The notes below the pieces were generated by a model. It was not told where the DNA came from. It was given only the letters and a program-made list of their open reading frames with translations, and searched no databases. A stretch of DNA of 29,746 nucleotides from a virus. Taxonomy: Duplodnaviria; Caudoviricetes. Where the stretch lies: positions 1 through 29,746 of the IMG/VR virus record IMGVR_UViG_3300032287_000344. One strand, written 5' to 3'. Positions 1 through 8,247 of this stretch are shown piece by piece; position 1 is the first letter of the stretch, and every line of letters begins with the position of its first letter. Both the position numbers and the translations under genes were made by a program.

Positions 1-1
1 A

Positions 2-886
2 CAACAACAAGTGCTTGAAGGAGAACTGCGTTTAGGTTCTCGTTATCCTGAATCTCGTACCGGAAACATTGATGCTTCAATCGTAACTGGCCGTGGAGTT
101 CAGGCTCTTATGGGTGGATTTGATACCCAAATCAAGACAGCACACGCCATGTTTGCTCGCGCTTTTGTGGAACTTGTTGGCCTTGCACTCAAGGTTGAAG
201 AAAAAGTTTTCCCAGATATGGACAGGGAATTAAAGGGCAACCGCAATGGAACCCCATATTCCATCAAGTATCGTGCAGCAAAAGATATTAATGGCGATTA
301 CACCGTAGATGTCCAGTATGGATTGATGGCAGGACTTGACCCTAACCGAGCATTGGTCTTTGGTTTGCAAGCACGCGGAGATAAACTAATATCCCGCGAC
401 TTCTTGCGCCGTCAGATGCCTTTTTCTTTTAACGCCAGCCAAGAAGAAGAAAAGGTTGACACCGAAGAACTCCGTGATGCTATGAAGCAGGCGATTGCCT
501 CTTATGCACAGGCAATTCCGGCACTTGCTTCACAGGGTCAAGACCCATCAGATATTCTTCGTAAACTTTCTTATGTCGTTAACGCCCGTCAAAAGGGAAC
601 TTCCATTGAAGTTGCTATCCAAGAGGCGTTTCAACCTCAGAATCCCCCACCTGCTGCGATGGCCCCCGGGCAAGTAAGTCCTCAAATGGGGCAACCGGGT
701 GCGGCCCCTGCAGGTGGCGGGAATGAATTACCAGAAGGATTAAGTCCTACTGGTCGTATGGTAGGTGTAGCACCGGGTCAAATTGCGCCAGGTGGTCGGC
801 CAGATGTTCAATCTTTACTAGCCAGTTTGACTCAACGCGGAGAGCCGAATCTACAGGCTTCACTTATCCGCCGGATGCCAGCCTAA
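2..886 (+). CDS. Portal protein, C-terminal part (gene starts upstream of the window)
   Basis: Frame is open from the window edge. Sequence (YTVDVQYGLMAG, LISRDFLRRQMPF, EEEKVDTE, then a Pro/Gly/Gln-rich tail) and position upstream of internal virion, scaffold and capsid genes match podovirus portal C-termini. Recognised by eye. Confidence 0.7.
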   Translation, partial: QQQVLEGELRLGSRYPESRTGNIDASIVTGRGVQALMGGFDTQIKTAHAMFARAFVELVGLALKVEEKVFPDMDRELKGNRNGTPYSIKYRAAKDINGDYTVDVQYGLMAGLDPNRALVFGLQARGDKLISRDFLRRQMPFSFNASQEEEKVDTEELRDAMKQAIASYAQAIPALASQGQDPSDILRKLSYVVNARQKGTSIEVAIQEAFQPQNPPPAAMAPGQVSPQMGQPGAAPAGGGNELPEGLSPTGRMVGVAPGQIAPGGRPDVQSLLASLTQRGEPNLQASLIRRMPA

Positions 887-897
887 CGGAGGTGAAC

Positions 898-1053
898 ATG
901 AAGAAAGCAAAGCCAGCAAATCAAGGTTCAGCAGGAAAAGCAAACGTATTTCCTATGCGTAAGGATGGTATTCCAAAGGCAGGAAGTAACAAAAAGGGTA
1001 CAACCTTTTTAGCAAAGCAACCTGGTGGAACCAAAGGTTCAAAGAACAAGTAA
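898..1053 (+). CDS. Small Lys/Gly-rich basic protein, 51 aa (not in the ORF track)
   Basis: Strong SD GGAGGT at 888-893 before ATG 898. Translates MKKAKPANQGSAGKANVFPMRKDGIPKAGSNKKGTTFLAKQPGGTKGSKNK, stop TAA 1051-1053. Confidence 0.75.
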   Translation: MKKAKPANQGSAGKANVFPMRKDGIPKAGSNKKGTTFLAKQPGGTKGSKNK

Positions 1054-1058
1054 TTCAT

Positions 1059-1086
1059 ACACCTGAGCAAGTGTTTAAACGGCTCA
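1059..1086 (+). promoter_or_regulatory. Putative compact H-type RNA pseudoknot in intergenic leader
   Basis: ACAC(1059-62)/GTGT(1071-74) and TGAGC(1064-68)/GCTCA(1082-86) are interleaved complementary pairs. The element contains GTTTAAAC. Confidence 0.4.
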
Positions 1087-1108
1087 CAATAAACTGACCT
1101 TAATTGGG

Positions 1109-1582
1109 ATGGATGAGATGACAGTAGAACCACAACAGGGCGGGATGCGCCCAACTGCACCGCAGAACAACTTTGCCGTATCTGCAACCGGCGGAGCAGG
1201 TAATGGTGGTCAACCAGCACGATATACAGCAGGCATTGATAACGCACAAGATTTTTATGACCTACAAACAGCACAGCCTATGAGCAAGTCTGGTGTCAAG
1301 TTAAGTCCTTCTTCTGCTCGTACCATGATGACACCACAAAGCCAAATGACACCACTTGATGCTCCAACACAATTTCCTAATGAGGATGTACGCACAGGTG
1401 TAGATACAGGTCCAGCAACAGGCGCTGGTCCAGAGGTAATGTACGCAACAGATACAACTGCCCAAGAAGAAGATGCTAACCGGCTTCGTGCAGCGCTGCC
1501 ATATATGGCGCAACTTGCCGAAATGCCATCAGCATCTAATTCATACCGCAACTATGTGAGATACCTAAAGAGCATATTGTGA
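1109..1582 (+). CDS. Hypothetical protein, probable internal virion protein
   Basis: 157-aa ORF with a low-complexity N-terminus and helical C-terminus; GTGA overlap with the next gene. Confidence 0.7.
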   Translation: MDEMTVEPQQGGMRPTAPQNNFAVSATGGAGNGGQPARYTAGIDNAQDFYDLQTAQPMSKSGVKLSPSSARTMMTPQSQMTPLDAPTQFPNEDVRTGVDTGPATGAGPEVMYATDTTAQEEDANRLRAALPYMAQLAEMPSASNSYRNYVRYLKSIL

Positions 1583-4500
1583 GTTTTACTGACAACATTG
1601 GCACTGGTTGGGAAAAGATTGGCAAAAGTGGTTTTGCTAATGACATCCGTTTGCCATCCCTAATTAACGACATTGCTTCTGTTGCCAGCAACGATAAAAA
1701 CTTTTTTCAGGATGCTTTATCCATAGCAGGCTCTACATTTATGACATCGGTTTCTTTCGCAAGCCTACCAGTCCGTAAAATTGGTGGATTTGCCGTTGAT
1801 GAAATCCTTATGCCAGCAGCGCAAAGAAGTTATGAAATTGGTGGCAAGTATGCACGTCAACCAATATCAGCAGGTTTACTTACGCTAGCCACGCTTGGTA
1901 ATGCTAAAAAGGCTTGGGAGCAGAAGGATGAGATTTCTGCAGGACAAGCATTAACCTATCTTGGTTCTAAATTTATCCCCGGTGGCGCAATCAACCGAGA
2001 AGATTTTGACATCTTTGACCCAAATGACCGCAAGATATTTGCAGATGATTGGGGTTATCGTTCAATATCTGGAGCGTTTGATACCTTCTTTAGCACAGTA
2101 ACAGACCCGCTTGGAAAAGCAGGCAAGGCTATTGGTCTTGCTCGTAAGGGATTAGTTACCCGCCCACTTGGAGCGGAAGATGCTGGTTACTCAAACCTTG
2201 TTAAAGATTTTGTTATGCCAAAGAGCATCCGAAAAACTACCGTTATTTCTCCTGCAGCACTTGCAGCAACAATTAATGCTGGCAGAGAAGAAGCCGGTGA
2301 GGTTTACAACACTCTTTCATGGTTTGCTAAGAGCGACAAAATAGCCATACGCGAGCATCCAATGATTAAGGCATCCAACGATGGCGATACACTTGCTTAT
2401 CTACTTGGAGAAGCAAAGACTGTTGATGATGTAGCAGATACTCTTATGGCTACAGCATTACGCGATACCGAAGCGATGGGCCGCTTAGTTGATAAGCGTA
2501 AAGACTTAGCGTTTGTATTTGACAACCTTAAAGATGCTTCAAAGGTTGATACAGAGATTCTTGATAACATACCAACCAACAGTCTTGTTGATGATGTCAA
2601 TAAACTTGATGCAGCAGAAGAAATGCTCCGTCAGGCGAAGGAAAACGATAGATACTATAACGCTCTAGTTGGCCTCAACGCAAAAACATCTGGAGCAGAC
2701 CTAACAAAGCGTACATTTGGTATGCAACCTTTTGAGAAATTGGCTATGAACCGCGCAGAACGGCGAGCGCAACGCAACCTTACTGGAACTTTTGATGTAC
2801 CAACATCTTTCCCAAGCGTAGCCTACTACCAGCCAACTAAGTTTCACCCACTTGTGGCTGTTGTAAACTTTGGCCTTCGCAAGGTTGGCGAGGCTTTTAC
2901 CGAGAAGCCAGCAGGTTATTTGTTTGCTAACGACTCAGATGCTTATGGTGAAATTGCTGCTTTTGGCAATGGACTTCGTAGAATAATTGGTGAAGAAGCC
3001 AATCCAATTGTTGAACGACACTTAGATGATTTTATTCGTTCTGCTGATGCAGAGAATAAGATAACAACCGCACAGTCTTTTGAAGATACAGCAGTTGCTG
3101 CAATCCACCGTTCATTAGGAATCTCTGATGAGGCTGGTGCTGCAATCTGGGGCGCTTACAAGCGCCGTAGGCAGTCAGCAATGGACATGATAAGCAACCG
3201 TAAGTTCTTAATGACAAACGATAATGTTGTCTTGAAGATTCCATATTTGGAACGCCAGGGTGGTAACGCTCTTCCAATGCTTGATGTTGAACAGTATCAT
3301 CGTGTTCTTAGCGAAAACATCGGACTTACTAAAGCACTTGATGGCTCATTAAGACTTGCTGACCCTGATGCGACCCGGTACATTGCTGGAATCCTCAATG
3401 ATATGTGGAAGGCATCTGTACTTCTTCGCCTTGGATATACCATCCGAAACGTATCAGAAGGTGCCTTGTCAATTCTTGGCAAGGGTTATGGTCTAGTCGC
3501 AGCAGCACAACTCTTTGAGAAAGATGCAGCGCGAGCATGGTGGAATAACCGTAAGGCTGGTTATGACAGAATCATTGACAAGCGTTTAGTTGGCAAAGGC
3601 CAGCGTGAAGATTCAGTGCAAATTAGAGAGCGCATCTCGGAAATCTATGATGAGATGGCAATGTCTAACCAACTTGATGAAGAACATCTTGTTGCTGTTA
3701 TTGATGCTGCAGAACGTGCATATCGCCGTGGCACACTAAATGAAGGTGCCTACGCAGAGTTTTTGGATGTATTTGGTCAAACAACTGGTGAGTGGTTATA
3801 CCATGGCTCAGTTGGTGGAATCAAGCAACTAGACCAAGCAAGACCTCTTGCCATGAACCTTAATGAGGCGCGGGCAACACAATGGGCTGAAAGCAGAATA
3901 CCTGTAATCTCTGTTGCTGAGTTATACCGCCGTCAGTTTGGTCGTGCCGTAAAACTTCCTAAAGAAATTACACAACGCCCTGGCGAAGAAATTGGAACCA
4001 ATTTAGTTTCTCAGCAGATGCCTGCTCAGGAATTTAATGCTCTTGATGAGTATGTACAAGGCGATGTAAATGTAAGATTTGATGTTCAGAATTTCCTTCG
4101 TGGAAATGCTACCGCTAGAGGTACTAACTATCCTTTTGTTAATCAGTTAAAGCGTGCCATTGAGCGCAGTGTTCTTAAAAAAGAAACAGTTGTTTATCGT
4201 GGAACATCTAACCCAAATATTCTTAATGCAAAAATTAACGACATTGTTGAAGAAAAAGGATTTACCTCAACATCAAAAGTTCGCCGTCAAGCAGCAAAAT
4301 TTCTAACAGATGTTTCAGGAGAATCTACTGTTGTAGAAATACGCTTGCCAAAAGGAATACCAGGATTAGATGTTAATGCAGCATACCGAGATTTTACTGG
4401 ATTACCAGTGCCGGGGTATGTAAAGTCTGGTGCAAAGTTTGACGACAATTCTTTTGTTGCAGAACAAGAAGTATTGTTACCTCCAGGGTTAAAGTTTAAA

Positions 4501-7500
4501 GTTATAGATGTTAAAGAAGTTCCAAATGAAACTTTTCCGTTTAAATTACCGTCACAAAAACAAGTTATTCTTGAAGCAATTGTTCCAGCACGCAAACCAG
4601 CGGTTACTTTTTCTGCACAAATGCAAGAGTTTGGCGATACACTACGTCAAGGTCTTACCAATACAGTAGCCAAAGGAAATCAAGTAGAAATACTCAACCC
4701 TTCTACTGGAACTTGGCGTGCCATTGACCCAGAAACTGTATCAGAAGATTTACTTATTACCTCACAGTTCCGTATCCGCAAGCCCGGAAACCAAGGGCAA
4801 TTGCTTGGAACAAAGGTTTATGGTCAATCACTAGACCTCCGCACTATGCGTGGTGGCCGTGCATACTTTGGGTTGAAAGACTACCCAGAGATTATGAAGA
4901 TTCTTGGCGTTACCGGCAGAGAAGCCAACTGGGGTTCTTCTTCCCTATGGGAAGGCAAAGAGCGCCAACTTCTTAACTGGATGCGAGCCAACGGAATCAG
5001 CAAATTAACCTTGCCAGATACCAAGGCTAGAGGTGGTCATACTGTTCTTGTTGACCCAAAGATGATTGAAGGCTTTGGACAACAGCCAACTAAGACTATG
5101 GCACAAGAGCGTTTAAACGCTGTTAAGAACGCTCAGAACCTTCTTAGCGATTCTTCTCGGATGACCCAGATGCTCTACCGCACCATCCAACAGGGTGGCG
5201 GAACATTTAAGTTTACTGTTGAACAAAGCGGTGATGTTCCAACTCAAGGTGTATCTGTTGCTGTTCGTGGAGCCACACACGCATTTTCTGTCGCTGATGC
5301 ACAGGCTAATCCACAACTGTGGATAAACTCTTTGGCTGACCACCTAGAGGCTAATCTTGATAAGATGGCAAAGGCAGACCACTTTGGCACATGGATTGAA
5401 GATATAGATGGTGTTCCCCATATCTGGGCAGAGCCAACCAATATCGTCATGGACCGAGCCACTGCTGTTAAACTAGGCGTTGAGCGCAACCAAAAGGGTG
5501 TGTTTGATGTCGGCAAGGGTGAGTTTATTTCTACGGGAGGAACCGGGGATGAAAAAGCAAGCGCAGCGTTTGCATTGGGTAAAAGCACAAAAGCCATTAG
5601 AGCAGATGTCGCCGGAAGAGCGCAGAGCGTTCGCGGAGCAATTAGCGCAACAAGCGTTGAACGCACTATTGACGACCTCACAGAATCCATCTCCCAAGGA
5701 AAATACCCTGTAGAAGGATTACTTAATTTTGTACGCGATAAGGCAAATACTGATGCTGCCGTTAAGCGTGATTTGCAAGAACTGCTTGGGCGTTTAAACG
5801 CACGGGTTCAAGAAGAATCAAGAATCTACGGACCACGACAAGTTTCTGGAACAGGCAAACGTAAGACCAAACTGTTCAACGGTCAGGTTATTGAATATGA
5901 TGATGCTGGTGCTGGTGAACTAGGACAAATCCTAATGAGCCGTACTGACAACGCTCAGACATATCGTAACTTTGTTGACTCACCATCGCAGTTGTTCCAA
6001 GCAAACTTTGGCAACATGGTTGAGGATGTACTAAGCCCAGATATGCCACAGTATTACTCGGGCTATGCAAACTCTCTCAATACTTTCTTCCGTTCTCCAA
6101 CAGATGACAAGATTGACCCAATCATTTCACAATTCTTAGATGGCAGAAAACCAGAACAAGTTATTGCATGGTTGCGCAAGCCAGAGAACGCAGCATATAG
6201 AGCGCGATTTAACATTGACGTTCCGGGAATCCAAGTTGCATCAGAACGACTTAATGTTGCTATTGATGCTGAGGATTTTGTTGGTGATTTGTACAGTGCT
6301 TACCAACGCTACTTGCCAGATGCAGAGATTCAAGAAGCGTTTAGAAACAATGAAATCACAGAAATGTGGTTGCGTGAGCACTTTGCTGACAATCCATCAA
6401 TGCCAGAGATTGTTGGTCGCTTTGTACCTACAAGTCCACAGGCAACCAACTTTATGGAGAAAACCCAGAAGTTTGTTGAGAAGGCATTTTACTTCTTAGG
6501 AAGCCTGCCAGAAACAACTCTTGCTCGCCATCCATTAGCACGTTCTGTTTATCGTGCTGAGATAGAGAATAGAGCAAACATTGCTCTCTCTATCAAGAGG
6601 ATGAAGTTTGGTGAAGATTCTGAACTTAGCCTTGCAGACATTAACGGACTACGCAGAGATGCAATTGAAGCAACTCGTAGAGAAGTAAACAAGACACTCT
6701 TTACAATCATCCGCAAGTCCTACGCTGGTGAGAAGATGCGCTTCATCATGCCGTTCTTTAACGCATGGGAAAACACCATCCGCCGTTGGTCAACATTGGC
6801 TATGGAGAATCCAGCAATCCCAGCAAGGGCTGGTCAAATAGTTTCATCCTTGCGTAACCAACCAAATGTGGTTGACAGAGATGGAAACCCAACAGAAGAG
6901 TTTAGTTACGATAACAAAATTATTCTACCTATGTCAGAAACTCTTGTTAAGATGCTACCTAGCGGGCTAGAGTCAGCAATGCGCTCTGCTGGTATGCAAG
7001 TTAGCATCCCGTTGCGAAGCCTTGACATCTTGTTCCAAGGCGAAGCAATTGCAGGTTTTGGTCCTATAGTTGCCATCCCAGCATCAGAGATTGTCAAACT
7101 ACGCCCAGACTTGATGGAAGTATTAAAACCAATTCTTCCTATGGGTCCATCAGATTCAATTGTCAAGCAAGTTATTCCACCTGCTATTCAGAAACTTTAC
7201 TCAGTAGCATCGCAGGATGAGGCTTGGTCAAGAACATTTAACACTGTGTATCGCTATGAACTTATCAAGTACAAACTTGGCGAGCGCACTACCGAACCAA
7301 CTCTTGAAGAAGTACAGACACTTGCAAACAATATGTACTTTGTCAAGATGCTTTCAAATCTTGTTATGCCGTTTGCTGCACAGTACGACTCACCATTGAG
7401 TTGGTACACACAGCAGTTCCGCAAGTTGCAGGAAACATACGGCAAGGATGCAGAAAGCATCTTCTTGCAGATGTACCCAGATTTAGCGGAAGCCACTGTT

Positions 7501-8244
7501 TCTACATCCCTCAACACCAGCGGTGCGCAAGCATCAGTTAAGGCTTGGGAGAATAGCAACAAGTACAAGAGCCTTATTTCATCAATTGGCAACCAAACTC
7601 CTGAAATGATTGGCTTCTTGGTTAATGACACCAATGGTCAGTATGATTTCAGCGAAGCGGTTTATGCTTGGCAATACGGCAACTCTCCAGTTCCCGGCTC
7701 CAATGAGAACTACCGCGAGCGCCGTAACCCAGCGCTTCTCAAGCAAGATGCCAACAAGAAAGTTGGTTGGGTGCAGTTTCGTAAGAATATGGATTTGCTT
7801 GAGCATAAATTATTTGCAGAAGGCTTCACTTCGTTTAACGAACGAGGGGCAGAAGAACTACTTGCTTACAAGCAAGCAATGGTTGCAGATTTAGCAGCGA
7901 AGAACAAAGACTGGTATGCTGACTTCCTCAATGTTGATAGAGGTAAGTGGATTTACAGGATGCAGTCAATGCAAAAAATGTTAAGTAATCCTGAATGGAT
8001 GAAAGATAATGCCAGCAGGCCAGTTGTTCGTAGTATATCAATATATCTTAATACTCGTTCTCAAATTGCAAGAGAGTTGGCGACTCGCAAAGCACAAGGT
8101 TTGCCATCAACTCTAACTGCCGAAGCAAATCAAGACCTTGATGGTGCGTGGAACACTGTCATAGCACAACTAAAACAGCAATCACTTGAATTTAGTGATT
8201 TCTACAATCGGTTCTTACAAAACGACCCAGTAACATTAGGATAA
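1579..8244 (+). CDS. Giant (2221 aa) putative internal virion/ejection protein with embedded ADP-ribosyltransferase and other effector-like domains (polyvalent protein)
   Basis: Long, mainly helical ORF between portal and scaffold. PFFNAWENTIRRW-type motif as in large podovirus internal proteins; clear ART motifs VYRG/FTSTS/EQEVLLP. The virion role is inferred from context. Confidence 0.8.
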   Translation: MSFTDNIGTGWEKIGKSGFANDIRLPSLINDIASVASNDKNFFQDALSIAGSTFMTSVSFASLPVRKIGGFAVDEILMPAAQRSYEIGGKYARQPISAGLLTLATLGNAKKAWEQKDEISAGQALTYLGSKFIPGGAINREDFDIFDPNDRKIFADDWGYRSISGAFDTFFSTVTDPLGKAGKAIGLARKGLVTRPLGAEDAGYSNLVKDFVMPKSIRKTTVISPAALAATINAGREEAGEVYNTLSWFAKSDKIAIREHPMIKASNDGDTLAYLLGEAKTVDDVADTLMATALRDTEAMGRLVDKRKDLAFVFDNLKDASKVDTEILDNIPTNSLVDDVNKLDAAEEMLRQAKENDRYYNALVGLNAKTSGADLTKRTFGMQPFEKLAMNRAERRAQRNLTGTFDVPTSFPSVAYYQPTKFHPLVAVVNFGLRKVGEAFTEKPAGYLFANDSDAYGEIAAFGNGLRRIIGEEANPIVERHLDDFIRSADAENKITTAQSFEDTAVAAIHRSLGISDEAGAAIWGAYKRRRQSAMDMISNRKFLMTNDNVVLKIPYLERQGGNALPMLDVEQYHRVLSENIGLTKALDGSLRLADPDATRYIAGILNDMWKASVLLRLGYTIRNVSEGALSILGKGYGLVAAAQLFEKDAARAWWNNRKAGYDRIIDKRLVGKGQREDSVQIRERISEIYDEMAMSNQLDEEHLVAVIDAAERAYRRGTLNEGAYAEFLDVFGQTTGEWLYHGSVGGIKQLDQARPLAMNLNEARATQWAESRIPVISVAELYRRQFGRAVKLPKEITQRPGEEIGTNLVSQQMPAQEFNALDEYVQGDVNVRFDVQNFLRGNATARGTNYPFVNQLKRAIERSVLKKETVVYRGTSNPNILNAKINDIVEEKGFTSTSKVRRQAAKFLTDVSGESTVVEIRLPKGIPGLDVNAAYRDFTGLPVPGYVKSGAKFDDNSFVAEQEVLLPPGLKFKVIDVKEVPNETFPFKLPSQKQVILEAIVPARKPAVTFSAQMQEFGDTLRQGLTNTVAKGNQVEILNPSTGTWRAIDPETVSEDLLITSQFRIRKPGNQGQLLGTKVYGQSLDLRTMRGGRAYFGLKDYPEIMKILGVTGREANWGSSSLWEGKERQLLNWMRANGISKLTLPDTKARGGHTVLVDPKMIEGFGQQPTKTMAQERLNAVKNAQNLLSDSSRMTQMLYRTIQQGGGTFKFTVEQSGDVPTQGVSVAVRGATHAFSVADAQANPQLWINSLADHLEANLDKMAKADHFGTWIEDIDGVPHIWAEPTNIVMDRATAVKLGVERNQKGVFDVGKGEFISTGGTGDEKASAAFALGKSTKAIRADVAGRAQSVRGAISATSVERTIDDLTESISQGKYPVEGLLNFVRDKANTDAAVKRDLQELLGRLNARVQEESRIYGPRQVSGTGKRKTKLFNGQVIEYDDAGAGELGQILMSRTDNAQTYRNFVDSPSQLFQANFGNMVEDVLSPDMPQYYSGYANSLNTFFRSPTDDKIDPIISQFLDGRKPEQVIAWLRKPENAAYRARFNIDVPGIQVASERLNVAIDAEDFVGDLYSAYQRYLPDAEIQEAFRNNEITEMWLREHFADNPSMPEIVGRFVPTSPQATNFMEKTQKFVEKAFYFLGSLPETTLARHPLARSVYRAEIENRANIALSIKRMKFGEDSELSLADINGLRRDAIEATRREVNKTLFTIIRKSYAGEKMRFIMPFFNAWENTIRRWSTLAMENPAIPARAGQIVSSLRNQPNVVDRDGNPTEEFSYDNKIILPMSETLVKMLPSGLESAMRSAGMQVSIPLRSLDILFQGEAIAGFGPIVAIPASEIVKLRPDLMEVLKPILPMGPSDSIVKQVIPPAIQKLYSVASQDEAWSRTFNTVYRYELIKYKLGERTTEPTLEEVQTLANNMYFVKMLSNLVMPFAAQYDSPLSWYTQQFRKLQETYGKDAESIFLQMYPDLAEATVSTSLNTSGAQASVKAWENSNKYKSLISSIGNQTPEMIGFLVNDTNGQYDFSEAVYAWQYGNSPVPGSNENYRERRNPALLKQDANKKVGWVQFRKNMDLLEHKLFAEGFTSFNERGAEELLAYKQAMVADLAAKNKDWYADFLNVDRGKWIYRMQSMQKMLSNPEWMKDNASRPVVRSISIYLNTRSQIARELATRKAQGLPSTLTAEANQDLDGAWNTVIAQLKQQSLEFSDFYNRFLQNDPVTLG
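4030..4585 (+). other. VIP2/C2-like (R-S-E clade) ADP-ribosyltransferase domain within the giant protein
   Basis: ALDEY..NFLRG N-lobe, VVYRG (R874), KGFTSTS (S897-T-S899), EQEVLLPPGLKFKV (E962-x-E964). Confidence 0.9.
5194..5547 (+). other. Discrete ~118-aa domain, SAM lyase (T3 SAMase/DUF3293-like)-like motif pattern
   Basis: GGTF..G..P..G..VAV...HFGTW(1272)...WAE(1285)...AVKLG..NQ(1305)KGVFD...TGGTG. The G-x-W / E / A-x-x-LG-x3-4-Q pattern recalls SAM-lyase-fold proteins. Confidence 0.4.
5549..5713 (+). CDS. Overprinted 54-aa gene in the +1 frame inside the giant gene
   Basis: GGAGG SD at 5536-5540, 8 nt before ATG 5549. Product MKKQAQRLHWVKAQKPLEQMSPEERRAFAEQLAQQALNALLTTSQNPSPKENTL is protein-like (strand plus amphipathic helix). 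Confidence 0.6.
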   Translation: MKKQAQRLHWVKAQKPLEQMSPEERRAFAEQLAQQALNALLTTSQNPSPKENTL

Positions 8245-8247
8245 TAA

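Noticed and set aside
921-1551. Minus-strand ORFs 921-1274, 1255-1551 and 1301-1513
   Set aside because: Antisense to well-supported plus-strand genes; no recognisable motifs.
4508-4669. +1-frame ORF right after the ART catalytic motif, considered as an ART immunity gene
   Set aside because: No SD; Leu/Lys/Phe-rich composition typical of a shadow frame of NNT/NNA codons, unlike the 5549 ORF.
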